Assembly (NCBI GenBank): GCA_036337435.1
Contig: JAYZEG010000092.1
Coordinates: 1 to 26,214 of the forward strand
Direction of reading: 5' to 3'
DNA length: 26,214 nucleotides
Source: Myxococcota bacterium
GTDB taxonomy: Bacteria; Myxococcota_A; Bradymonadia; UBA7976; UBA1532
The notes beneath the pieces are model-generated. The model was not told the origin of the DNA and ran no database searches. It worked only from the letters and a program-made list of their open reading frames with translations. Made by a program: the position numbers and the translations under genes. Shown here one piece after another: positions 10,906 to 19,956 of the stretch (position 1 is its first letter; each line of letters starts with the position of its first letter).

Positions 10906-11646
10906 ATGGAGCAGGCACATTCAGGGGATATTTGGATTAAGGCCGACGGGCTTTCGAAATATTATGGTTCATTTACAGCGATTCAGGATGTCAGCTTCGA
11001 AGTGGCCCGTGGCTCGATCACAGCCTTCTTGGGTCCAAATGGTGCTGGGAAATCCACAACCCTCCGGTGCTTGACGGGCTATCTCGCTCCGTCCACGGGT
11101 CGATCGACCATCTTAGGACATGATATGGCTACGGATAGGCTCGCCGGTAGCAAACAGATTGGGTATCTCGGCGAGAGCGGTGCGCTGTATCCCGATATGA
11201 CACCGGCCTCCTATTTAAGATTCTCGGCCCAGACCCGTGACTTGAAGGGCAGCGAGCTGACAAGGGCTCTCGATCGAGTGGCCGAGTTGTGTCAACTCGG
11301 CGAAGTTTGGAGTAAACCGATTCGAAAGCTATCACGAGGCTTTCGGCAACGAGTTGGATTGGCCCAAGCACTCATTCACGACCCGAAGGTTCTTATCTTG
11401 GACGAACCGACTCTCGGCCTCGACCCGAATCAGATTTCAGTCGTTCGCGATTTAATTCGTAGTATTGCAAAGGATAAAGCGATTTTACTCTCGACCCACA
11501 TCCTCCAAGAGGTTGCAGCCATGGCTGACAAAGTCATTCTCATCGATGAGGGCCGCCTCAAGTTCAATGGATCCTTCGACACACTCGCCGACGGAGGAGA
11601 CCTGGAGACCCGATTCAAGGAAATGACAGGAGGTGCATCCGCATGA
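10906..11646 (+). CDS. ABC transporter ATP-binding protein (ABC-2 / GldA-like)
   Basis: Walker A GPNGAGKST, signature LSRGFRQ, Walker B LILDEPT, H-loop LSTH; RBS GGAGGA upstream. Confidence 0.95.
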   Translation: MEQAHSGDIWIKADGLSKYYGSFTAIQDVSFEVARGSITAFLGPNGAGKSTTLRCLTGYLAPSTGRSTILGHDMATDRLAGSKQIGYLGESGALYPDMTPASYLRFSAQTRDLKGSELTRALDRVAELCQLGEVWSKPIRKLSRGFRQRVGLAQALIHDPKVLILDEPTLGLDPNQISVVRDLIRSIAKDKAILLSTHILQEVAAMADKVILIDEGRLKFNGSFDTLADGGDLETRFKEMTGGASA

Positions 11647-14345
11647 GTATTCTCAGAACACATGCCGTAAAAGCGGTTTGGCGTCGACAATTATGGAGTC
11701 TCCTGGGTAACCCGCTGGGTTACGTGTTCGTTTTAGCCTTCGTGCTGATTTACGGCGGACTGCTCTTTATCCCAGCGGAATTCTTCGTCCGCAATATCAA
11801 TGACCTTGGCCCAATTCAAGAGTACATCCCGTGGCTAATGGCGGTCCTCATTCCCGCGATCGCGATGGGCTCTTGGGCGTCGGAAAAAGAGCTTGGTACA
11901 GAAGAGCAACTATTGACTCTACCAATGACCGAAACAGATATCTTGGTTGGGAAATGGCTTGCTGTCTTCTCCTATTTTACTCTGGCGTTGGTCTGCAGTT
12001 TGTCCAACGTTGCTGTGCTTGTCTGGTTAGGTGACCCGGACTTCGGGTTGGTCGCTGCCCAGTATCTTGGCTGGTGGTTAGCGGGTTCGGTTTTTTCCGC
12101 AGCCGGTGTTTTGGCCAGTTGTTGGGTTGGTCTGCCAGCGGTCGCATTCGTCGTCGGCGTTCTCTTGTGCGGAGCAATGGCGACTCTTATCGGCTCTTTC
12201 GATTCGCTCGACTCGTTCAATCGAGGCGTTATTTCGATTGGGCAGATTGGCATTGCGGTCGCGCTGACCATTGTTTTTGTCGGCTTAGCGATTCTCAGTC
12301 TGAATTCTAGGCGTTGGCAACCTGCATACAAATCGCTCATCGTAGGCACTGTCGTCACCTTTTTTGGCCTGACACTCACGCTCTTAAATCTGTCTGTTCA
12401 GTTAGACCGGGCGGCCATCGATTTGGACGTCACCGATGAGGGTCTATCTAGTCTGAGTGAGATGAGTTCAACACTGCTGTCGGCGCAAGAGACGCCCGTG
12501 CGAATCACGGCATTCGTCAGTAAGAATTTGCCACCTGAGTTAGCGTTGAAGGGCAAAGAGGTCCTGAACTTACTCAAACTCGTTGAACGCAGTTCCCCAT
12601 CCAGCGTCGACTTAACAATTCACCGCCCAGAAGATTCACTGGATGATGCAGCCTCATTGGCAAGCGAGCACTATGGACTCGAACCTCATTCGATGGTCGT
12701 GGATACAGTCACCGGACAAGAACAGCGTGAAGTCTATCTGTCCGCGGTGATCAGCAGCGGAACACGTACGGAGAAGATCGAATATTTCTCCCCAGGCTTA
12801 TCTGTCGAATACGAGCTCGTGAGGGCCGTTCGAACTGCGGCACTCGCCAAAAAAAGCGTGGTCGGCATTGCCAAGACAGACTTGGACATGCTCGGAGGCT
12901 TTGACTATGGGTCACGACAAATGCGTCAACCGTGGCAGGCTGTCGCCGAGCTGAAAAAGCAATACGACGTGCGCTTGGTCAATTTAGATGTAGCAGTGGG
13001 TGACGACGTGACAGTCCTCATCGTCCCGCAACCATCGAGTTTGTCCGACAAAGGGGTGCAAAATCTCCATGATTATATCTGGGCAGGCCGTCCAGCCATG
13101 ATTATGGAAGATCCCATGCCTATGTTTGCAGGCCCTCAACTGGCCTCATCACAACCAAAGGCACCCAAACAACAGATGATGCCTGGACAACGCCCACCGG
13201 CACCTGAGCCAAAACCTGACCTGACTCCCCTCTTCGAAAGTCTTGGGATTGAGATGGCTCTCGATAAAATCGCCTGGTCTGATTTCAATCCGTCTAACCA
13301 ATTCCGCAATGTTTGGCCGAAAAATCTCGTCTGGGCTTTTAGGGCCAACAATGGCATCAGCAACGTCTCATTCCTCAACGGGATCGACACGCTTCTTTTC
13401 CCATGGCCTGGTATGGTCAAACGTCGGGATGATTCATCTGCGAAGCTGACTATCCAGGAACTCACCCTCGCAGCGACTGGCTCCGCATGGGGTGCCCATG
13501 TTTATGACGATTTCATATCACGGGGTCTATTTGGTCCGCAATTAAAGCAGCCCGAACGCCACACACCAATCTCCGGTAAGCCACCCACTGTGGCCGTTGA
13601 AATCACGGGCCAAATGGCACACGCCTATGGTCCCACCGCGTCGTCGCCCGACGCCAAAGATGAAGATAAAGACAAACCGGCTAAAGGAGACCTCAGCCCA
13701 AAACCAATCCGCGTCATTTTTATCGCCGACACAGACTTTGCACACGATGAATTTTTCGCCTTTTACCGAAACGCAGACAACCGGTTTTCAGATGATGCGA
13801 TCAAGTTCTTGAGAGATTTAAGGAACGTCCAGTTCATCTCGAATGCGGTGGATGCACTCTCTGGAGAGAAGGGATATCTCGATTTAAGAACACGACGACC
13901 AAAACCTCGGCCGTTGACCGCCCTGGTAAAGGTACTCGACACAGCACAAATGGCATTTCGTGAGGCGGAACAAAAAGCTCAGACCGCTGCAGATAATCAA
14001 ATCACAACATTGAAAAATGAGTTCCAAGCAAAGCTACGTGATGTCGACCAGAAAAGCGGACTGGATGAAAACGCTAAAAACCAATTGCGTGCTCAAATTC
14101 AACGTGCATCCCAGAGGCGTCTTGATGGCGACATACGGTCGACAGAGCGAGAACGTGACCTTGCGATTCGGGCTGCGAGTGTGGTTCGAAAGCGTGAAGT
14201 CGAAGCCGTGAGAGGGCAGGTTAGAACCATGGCTCTGGGCTTGCCAAGTGCCATCCTCGCAGTCATCGCACTTCTTGTCTGGATGCGTCGACGAAAAGAC
14301 GAAGCTCTTACAATCCCAAGCTCAAGAAAGAGAGGATCCGCATGA
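11643..14345 (+). CDS. Fused ABC-2 permease (GldF-like) + GldG/ABC_transp_aux periplasmic domain
   Basis: N-terminal multi-TM region with AMGSWASEKELGTEEQLLTLP and ILVGKWLA. Then DLDVTDEGLSSLS, EYELVRAV, LIVPQP, VIFIADTD, NVQFISNAVDAL (GldG-type motifs), a coiled coil and a C-terminal TM helix. ATGA overlap with the ATPase gene. Confidence 0.88.
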   Translation: MSILRTHAVKAVWRRQLWSLLGNPLGYVFVLAFVLIYGGLLFIPAEFFVRNINDLGPIQEYIPWLMAVLIPAIAMGSWASEKELGTEEQLLTLPMTETDILVGKWLAVFSYFTLALVCSLSNVAVLVWLGDPDFGLVAAQYLGWWLAGSVFSAAGVLASCWVGLPAVAFVVGVLLCGAMATLIGSFDSLDSFNRGVISIGQIGIAVALTIVFVGLAILSLNSRRWQPAYKSLIVGTVVTFFGLTLTLLNLSVQLDRAAIDLDVTDEGLSSLSEMSSTLLSAQETPVRITAFVSKNLPPELALKGKEVLNLLKLVERSSPSSVDLTIHRPEDSLDDAASLASEHYGLEPHSMVVDTVTGQEQREVYLSAVISSGTRTEKIEYFSPGLSVEYELVRAVRTAALAKKSVVGIAKTDLDMLGGFDYGSRQMRQPWQAVAELKKQYDVRLVNLDVAVGDDVTVLIVPQPSSLSDKGVQNLHDYIWAGRPAMIMEDPMPMFAGPQLASSQPKAPKQQMMPGQRPPAPEPKPDLTPLFESLGIEMALDKIAWSDFNPSNQFRNVWPKNLVWAFRANNGISNVSFLNGIDTLLFPWPGMVKRRDDSSAKLTIQELTLAATGSAWGAHVYDDFISRGLFGPQLKQPERHTPISGKPPTVAVEITGQMAHAYGPTASSPDAKDEDKDKPAKGDLSPKPIRVIFIADTDFAHDEFFAFYRNADNRFSDDAIKFLRDLRNVQFISNAVDALSGEKGYLDLRTRRPKPRPLTALVKVLDTAQMAFREAEQKAQTAADNQITTLKNEFQAKLRDVDQKSGLDENAKNQLRAQIQRASQRRLDGDIRSTERERDLAIRAASVVRKREVEAVRGQVRTMALGLPSAILAVIALLVWMRRRKDEALTIPSSRKRGSA

Positions 14346-15661
14346 ATAAGACTGCAATCATCGCGCTCATCTGTGGTCTTGGTACGAGCGTCTGGACTTG
14401 GTGGCCAGACGCCAAGCCTGTGGCCGAGGCCCAGCAAGAAGACGCCCAGGTTCTCACTGCCACAGGTGCGGCAGTAGACGCTAATGCCGTCGCCCAAATC
14501 CGTGTTGTCAAGCTTGATTCGACCAGTAAAACGCCGATTCCATTCGAGGTTCGACGCAAGGATGGCCAGTGGCTCATCCCAAGTCACTTCGACTACCCCG
14601 CCGATGGTGGAACGCGGGTTGGTGCCACAGCCGGTGCTGTGCTCAATGTGCCGCTTGGACCACGCGCATCGAATGATAAATCATCTCATGGACTCTACGG
14701 TGTCCTCGACCCGATGACACCTGGCACGTCGAGTGATGTTGGGATTCGAGTGACTTTGAGCGACGAAGGTGGATCGGTTCTCGTCGATGTCATCATCGGC
14801 AAGCAAAAAGACGGCACCGAGGTGTACTTCGTAAGACGCGCCAATGAGGACGCGGTATACACTGCCGCCATCAAACCGGATGACATGAAGACGACGTTTG
14901 CCGATTGGGTCGAGACGGATTTGCTCAAGATTTGCAAAGATGAGCTCAGGGCGGCAACCATCAAAGACTATAGCGTTGATGAATCCACGGGGATGGTGAA
15001 ACCACGCGCAACGGTTCAGTTGAGTAAGTCCAAAAGTGGGTCGGGCTGGGAGATTTTGCCGCCGACACCTGGACGGGAACTCAACGACACGACGCTCGAT
15101 GGTTTCAAGAGTGAGATAGAAGGCCTTAAACTTGTCGGTGTCAGGCCGTATTCGAATGCTTGGCTCCAAGACCGGGGCTTTTACGTGTCCCAAGGCGGTC
15201 GTCAGCTCTTCGGTAATGAAGGCGAAGTCCAATTGGTCGCCCAGAACGGTCTCATCTACAGACTATTCTTCGGCGAGATCGCCCTCGGTGATGCGGATGA
15301 CAAGTCAGCCCAGCGGTCAACTAAAGTGGCCGACCAAGGCGCCGAACATAACCGCTATATGGCGGTCTTCGTTCAATATGCCAAGGAATTCGATGAAACG
15401 ATACCTCAGCCTGCATTTGCCAAGACTCCGCCCGCGGAAATCGCAGGGTCAACTGCCGAGAATCCAGGAAGCCCAGGCACCACAGCGGAGAACCAGGCCG
15501 ACATCGATAAGGCTGTCGCCGACGGCGCGAAGAGGGCCGCTGATGCTCAAGCGCGCTTCCAGAAATTCTTTTACGTAATCAGTGCGGACAGTTTCAAAAA
15601 ACTGCGACCTAACGTCGCGTCCTTCTACAAAGCGGCGAAAGCGCAGAAAACGACAGAGTAG
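14342..15661 (+). CDS. DUF4340-like membrane-anchored accessory protein of the Gld-type ABC system
   Basis: N-terminal anchor; RKDGQWLIPSHFDYPAD, YGVLDP, VIIGK, YFVRRANEDAVY motifs. It occupies the usual position after gldG-type genes, with an ATGA overlap. Confidence 0.75.
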   Translation: MNKTAIIALICGLGTSVWTWWPDAKPVAEAQQEDAQVLTATGAAVDANAVAQIRVVKLDSTSKTPIPFEVRRKDGQWLIPSHFDYPADGGTRVGATAGAVLNVPLGPRASNDKSSHGLYGVLDPMTPGTSSDVGIRVTLSDEGGSVLVDVIIGKQKDGTEVYFVRRANEDAVYTAAIKPDDMKTTFADWVETDLLKICKDELRAATIKDYSVDESTGMVKPRATVQLSKSKSGSGWEILPPTPGRELNDTTLDGFKSEIEGLKLVGVRPYSNAWLQDRGFYVSQGGRQLFGNEGEVQLVAQNGLIYRLFFGEIALGDADDKSAQRSTKVADQGAEHNRYMAVFVQYAKEFDETIPQPAFAKTPPAEIAGSTAENPGSPGTTAENQADIDKAVADGAKRAADAQARFQKFFYVISADSFKKLRPNVASFYKAAKAQKTTE

Positions 15662-16050
15662 ACCGTGCCACTAGACACGCCCAGCCCTTGTTGAGTGATC
15701 GCCAAGCCAAATCAACACCTATGCTGACCGCCAATCTGAGGCAATAGCATCCAAGGTTTTTCCCTCCACCTCGGTCATTTTGTTCATCGGACTTTGATAG
15801 GGCTTTCAGTGGATGTTGAGCACAGTAGACGCTGCCCGCCATGAAAAGGCCTGGCAACTTCGACCCAATGGATGTTTTAGTTTAGCTGTGGGAAACGGTC
15901 TCGCCCCAGGGGTCAATGGTATTGGCGTAGGGGTGGGCCCGGATGGTGAGCGTCAGAGAAAGCGCGGATGAATTGCAGCAAGCCGTTTTCAACAACCGCA
16001 AGCTTGATGAAACAGACTCTCCTTGGAGCGATGGGAGCATGCCAGCGTCG

Positions 16051-16815
16051 ATGTTAAAGAGAGGAATGACCTGCCAGTGGCTCAGCCTATCCTTGGTTAT
16101 TCTCGGCTGTGGTTCGCAGCAGAGTGGTACCAAGCCGAAAATGAGTACATCGTTGTCTTGTTCTAGTTCGACAAGCCTGCGGGTGGACATCCGTCAAGGA
16201 CAGGAGCATCGCTGGTGCGAAGATGGGGACGGCCTCATAGACGGACCCGTTACGGTTTTCTATTCAGGCGGACGTAAAAAACTCAAATTCCATATGAATC
16301 GCGGTGAGCCCGCTGGCGATTACATGGCCTGGCATGAGTCTGGTCGTTGGGCAGTGAAGGCGAACTACACGGACGGTCAGCTCACGGGACCGTCAGATTA
16401 TCGTCCGCCCCATGGACCACCGAGCACCTGCGAAGGGCAAGCGTGTTCCGGTATGCAGGCCGTGTTGGACCGGCCGTTTTGCTTGCTCGAAGAAATTGAA
16501 AGAGTCTTTAACGAGTCTAATGCAATTCTCAACGACTGTTTAGGTTCGTCATCTCAGTCAGCCCCAGTCGAATTCACCGCGCGCTGGACCATTACGCTCG
16601 CGGGTCGAACGGAGAGAGTTGAGGTTTCAACTTTGGACCAAACAAACGCTTTGGTCATCGAATGTTTGAACGAAAAAATAGGATCGTTCGCCTTTCCTGC
16701 ACCGATTGGACAGCCGTGCAACGTGTCCCTCAACTTTGCATTGGGGTTCAAAGCAATTACAGGGCCCAGCCGCCCAGCCAGTCATGAAAAGTCAATAACA
16801 CCAGCGTCTTACTGA
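16051..16815 (+). CDS. Putative lipoprotein with MORN-like repeats and C-terminal TonB-C-like (AgmX/PglI-C-like) domain
   Basis: The ORF track starts at 15943, but ATG 16051 (or 16066) gives MLKRG..WLSLSLVILG-C, a lipobox-like signal. DGPVTVFYSGG / GDYMAWHESG / NYTDGQLTG are MORN-like. The C-terminal WTITLAGRTERVEV...ECLNEKIGSFAFPAP...VSLNF matches the TonB-C-like pattern. Start is uncertain. Confidence 0.65.
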   Translation: MLKRGMTCQWLSLSLVILGCGSQQSGTKPKMSTSLSCSSSTSLRVDIRQGQEHRWCEDGDGLIDGPVTVFYSGGRKKLKFHMNRGEPAGDYMAWHESGRWAVKANYTDGQLTGPSDYRPPHGPPSTCEGQACSGMQAVLDRPFCLLEEIERVFNESNAILNDCLGSSSQSAPVEFTARWTITLAGRTERVEVSTLDQTNALVIECLNEKIGSFAFPAPIGQPCNVSLNFALGFKAITGPSRPASHEKSITPASY

Positions 16816-16835
16816 GTTAGGAGCAGTTTGGGGTG

Positions 16836-16863
16836 TTGACAATCATGAAAAAAAAGTCAAGAT
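16836..16863 (+). promoter_or_regulatory. Possible sigma70-type promoter for the lipid kinase gene
   Basis: Perfect TTGACA (16836-16841), 16-nt spacer containing an A8 run, weak -10 CAAGAT. Confidence 0.4.
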
Positions 16864-16912
16864 GCCGCCATACCCAAGCCGTTGGAACCCGTGCCGTGTG
16901 AAGGGGCCGTTG

Positions 16913-17896
16913 ATGTCGCCGTCAATTCAAAACCAAATCACAAGCTTCATGTTGGAATTTCGGTCTCTGGTCATACACGTTGAATCCAGTGCACTCACCC
17001 TGGAACATGCCGTCGTGATTAACGAACGGATGGTCGCCCTCGCCGAAAAGGCAGACGTCCTCAGACTCGCCGTCAAATCACACAGAGAAAAGGGCATGGA
17101 ACGGGTTTTAGATGCCCTTCATCGATTTCAAAGCCTCCGGTTGAGCGACCTGAATGCACGGCAGTTGGTGAATGAATTTAGTCGTCTCTCTCAAACATTG
17201 GCCGAACGCTACGAACACATATTGGACGCACTCCGTCAGACGCCCATGTTCGAGACCATTGCTCGTTCCATCGGTACGTTGAGGCCGACGAATTACTGGA
17301 GAAACCTGTTCCATGCAGCCATGGGCATCACAGGGGCCTTCGTTTACGAATACCTCACCATAACGCGTTCGGCGACGCTGATTGCCTTGGGTGTTCTGCT
17401 GGTCATCTATGTTTTCCTAGATCAGATCCGGCGGCTCGACCCCCGGCTTAACGAAATCGTCTACAGGAAGCTTTTCGGACTCATTTCACGACCCCGCGAG
17501 CAGTATCAAACCCCAGCCGGCATCTGGTACGTCGTGGGTCTAATGAGTGCCGTTGCAATCGCTGAACAGACCCATGCTCAAATTGCGGCCATTGTTCTTG
17601 GCTTAGCCGACCCTGCGGCGTCCCTTGTGGGCAAAAAGTGGGGTGTCCGAAAGATTTTCCGCGATCGAAGTTGGCTAGGCACCGTAACCTTCGTCTTGGT
17701 CGGTTGTCTCGCCAGTGCGCTATTTTTACTTCACTATCGGGCATGGAGTCTATCGCTGGTTTGCATCACGGCCCTGGTCGCAGCGGTCTCAGGTGCGCTG
17801 GCAGAGATGGTCAGCGGCGACCGTATCGACGATAATTTGTCCATCCCACTTGCCATTTCCACCAGCTTGACAATGTTGGCTTGGCTCACAATGTAG
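16913..17896 (+). CDS. CTP-dependent lipid kinase, SEC59/DGK1/VTE5 (dolichol/diacylglycerol/phytol kinase) family, with N-terminal helical extension
   Basis: WRNLFH, ISRPRE, LGLADPAASLVGKKWG, RSWLGT, AEMV, IDDNLSIPL are family motifs within a multi-TM region. ATG 16913 has AAGGGG upstream; the ORF track start is 16862. Confidence 0.85.
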   Translation: MSPSIQNQITSFMLEFRSLVIHVESSALTLEHAVVINERMVALAEKADVLRLAVKSHREKGMERVLDALHRFQSLRLSDLNARQLVNEFSRLSQTLAERYEHILDALRQTPMFETIARSIGTLRPTNYWRNLFHAAMGITGAFVYEYLTITRSATLIALGVLLVIYVFLDQIRRLDPRLNEIVYRKLFGLISRPREQYQTPAGIWYVVGLMSAVAIAEQTHAQIAAIVLGLADPAASLVGKKWGVRKIFRDRSWLGTVTFVLVGCLASALFLLHYRAWSLSLVCITALVAAVSGALAEMVSGDRIDDNLSIPLAISTSLTMLAWLTM

Positions 17897-17902
17897 CGCG
17901 AG

Positions 17903-19666
17903 ATGAGAGCAAGACTAACATCCATCGCCGTGGGATACTTGGCACTTGCTTTCGTCGGGTGTCTCAACGACCCCCCCACATTCGTCGCATCATTTGAAAC
18001 AGTGTCGGACATGGCTGCTGAACAGATAGGCAATCGCATGCCACAATCCAATGAGAGGGCGGATACGGCGGACGATGTCGATCAGGGTGCTCAACGAAGC
18101 CCAAATGCGTTTAGCGATAGCTTTACGCGCTTTGGTTCGTGTCAAGTCAGCGTCGCTGCTCAAGATGGGCTCCTGCTCAATGACCGCTGGTCTGACGGAG
18201 CGATTATCGACCTTGAGAACATCGGTGAACGGCTCGAAATCGAATTGGTTCAGCCCCCTCTCGGTGGTATTCTCCAGCTCGGTACAGATGGCAGTTTTAC
18301 CTACAGTTCAACGGACCCTCGATTGGAGGTGGACCATTTTAGCTACAGAATTCGCTATGAGGGTAGAGCGGGCGAACAAGCGAAGGTTTTCATTCGACAG
18401 CCGAACAACCGGATCATCATCGATTCTCTCGAAGACGCTGTCGCAGGCACTGAACAATGCACTTTAAGGCAAGCCATCGCACGCACCAATGGACAGGCCG
18501 ATGTGGGACGCTGTCTAGAGATTGATGATGGTCCGGTGCACCTTGTATTTGCGAACTTAGGCGCAGTTGTTTTTCAGCCGGCATACCATGCAGATAGACT
18601 GTCCGATGACCCGTCCAATCAAACCATATTCGGTGAAACAGATGCACATGACTTATTTATCTCAAAACAGGTGCACATACACGGGTGCGGTCCCGAGTTG
18701 ACAATTCTAGACGGTGCTGGTTCGCAGAGGCACTTTCATATTGGACAGAATGCAACCTTGACTCTCGAAAATTTAGCTCTCATCAACGGACGCGCGGAGT
18801 TGGGCGGCTCAATCCTCAATGAAGGCATATTGAATACCCGTGGTGTTCGTTTCGCGAACAACAGAGCACTCGGCAAAGATGGTGCATCTGCCATCGGTGC
18901 TGAGACCCCGACAGATGTCCTGGCCTGCAATGTCCTTGGCTCCGGTGGCGGCGGCGGTGGTGGTGCTGGAATTGGTGGTGCGATCGCTGGTCTGCGAGGC
19001 AGTCAAACTGTGTTACAAAGCTCAGCCGATCATCCATGCCGCTTTACCGGAAACATGGCAATTGGTGGGAAAGGCGGTGCGATTTCCCGCGTGGATGTCC
19101 CCTCGGACAGCCTGGCTTGCGGCGGCCACGGAGGCGGTCTGGGCGCAGGGACTGGCGGCTTTAGTCATCTTCAACACGATGGTGTCTCAGCCGCGCTGAT
19201 GGGGGGTGGAGGCGGTGGGTCTCCGAACGGTTTTTATACCTACAGCGGGTATGGTGGCGATGGTGGCTTCGGCGGCGGCGGTGGGTCTGGTGCCAACCTT
19301 TATTTGCTCACAGATGGCACCAATGGAATGGGGGGATTTGGGGCAGGAGATGGGGCTGAGCCTCCTTACGGCGAGAACGGAGGTGGTGGGGGTGGCGGCG
19401 CAGGCCTAGGTGGGGCTGTTGGCATTCTCGCCGGCCAACTCGTCGTAGACGACTGCTCTTTTTCAGATAATGTCACGCGACCGGGACTGGGTGGTCGACC
19501 AGCAAACCAGGATGGACTCGGGCGCGGTGCCGACGGCACCGGGTTGGGCGATGACATATTCACGTTGAGAGCAAGTCATGCCATCGACACAAATCTAATC
19601 GATTGGATCATCTGCGAGGAGGTCAGCGACGAAGGCAGTGCCGAGTGCGCCTTCGATGCACCCTGA
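17903..19666 (+). CDS. Putative surface lipoprotein: Ig/cadherin-like (Big_9-type) domain, CSLREA-like motif, Gly-rich beta-helix
   Basis: Signal ...YLALAFVG-C; GLLLND..LGTDGSFTY..DHFSY (Big_9-like); CTLRQAI; FxxN and GGA(I/V) motifs; poly-Gly tracts. Confidence 0.75.
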   Translation: MRARLTSIAVGYLALAFVGCLNDPPTFVASFETVSDMAAEQIGNRMPQSNERADTADDVDQGAQRSPNAFSDSFTRFGSCQVSVAAQDGLLLNDRWSDGAIIDLENIGERLEIELVQPPLGGILQLGTDGSFTYSSTDPRLEVDHFSYRIRYEGRAGEQAKVFIRQPNNRIIIDSLEDAVAGTEQCTLRQAIARTNGQADVGRCLEIDDGPVHLVFANLGAVVFQPAYHADRLSDDPSNQTIFGETDAHDLFISKQVHIHGCGPELTILDGAGSQRHFHIGQNATLTLENLALINGRAELGGSILNEGILNTRGVRFANNRALGKDGASAIGAETPTDVLACNVLGSGGGGGGGAGIGGAIAGLRGSQTVLQSSADHPCRFTGNMAIGGKGGAISRVDVPSDSLACGGHGGGLGAGTGGFSHLQHDGVSAALMGGGGGGSPNGFYTYSGYGGDGGFGGGGGSGANLYLLTDGTNGMGGFGAGDGAEPPYGENGGGGGGGAGLGGAVGILAGQLVVDDCSFSDNVTRPGLGGRPANQDGLGRGADGTGLGDDIFTLRASHAIDTNLIDWIICEEVSDEGSAECAFDAP

Positions 19667-19690
19667 CCGAGTTTAGAGACACCCGACCGG

Positions 19691-19708
19691 GACCTCGACA
19701 ACGAGGTC
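19691..19708. terminator. Hairpin between the convergent lipoprotein gene and tRNA; possible terminator or processing stem
   Basis: GACCTCG-ACAA-CGAGGTC, a perfect 7-bp stem; no adjacent U tract. Confidence 0.35.
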
Positions 19709-19744
19709 AACCAGATTCACCCGAACTCAAAATGAAATAAAAAG

Positions 19745-19825
19745 TACCCGAGGAGGGACTCGAACCCCCACGCATAAAGCGGGTGATTTTAAGTCACCTG
19801 TGTCTACCGATTCCACCACTCGGGC
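19745..19825 (-). tRNA. trnL-TAA: tRNA-Leu (anticodon TAA), CCA not encoded
   Basis: Reverse complement GCCCGAG-TG-GTGGAATCGGTAGACAC-A-GGTGA-CTTAAAA-TCACC-CGCTTTATGCG-T-GGGGG-TTCGAGT-CCCTC-CTCGGGT-A folds as a class II cloverleaf with a variable arm. It is followed by CTTTTT rather than CCA. Confidence 0.97.
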
Positions 19826-19834
19826 ACTGCAGCG

Positions 19835-19863
19835 ACTATGTCCTTCTATGAACCTTTCGTCAA
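19835..19863 (-). promoter_or_regulatory. Sigma70-type promoter for tRNA-Leu
   Basis: Minus strand TTGACG (19863-19858), 17-nt spacer, CATAGT (19840-19835), ending 9 nt before the mature 5' end. Confidence 0.65.
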
Positions 19864-19956
19864 GTAAGCATTGCACTCTTATCTAAACCGGTCTATCCAG
19901 ATTCAATCGGCCAGGGCCAATTGGCGCAATCAGATGACGCCTCAAAGGAGTAGGTT

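Noticed and set aside
15609..16190. Minus-strand ORFs 15609..15857 and 15882..16190
   Set aside because: No recognisable motifs; both overlap better-supported plus-strand genes.
16230..16400. MORN-like repeats as a YwqK-type antitoxin of a toxin-antitoxin pair
   Set aside because: No adjacent toxin gene; the repeats are a generic module within a lipoprotein.
19681..19699. ACCCGACCGGGACCTCGA loosely resembles the tRNA 3' end (possible att scar)
   Set aside because: The match is short and gapped, overlaps a simple hairpin, and no integrase is nearby.
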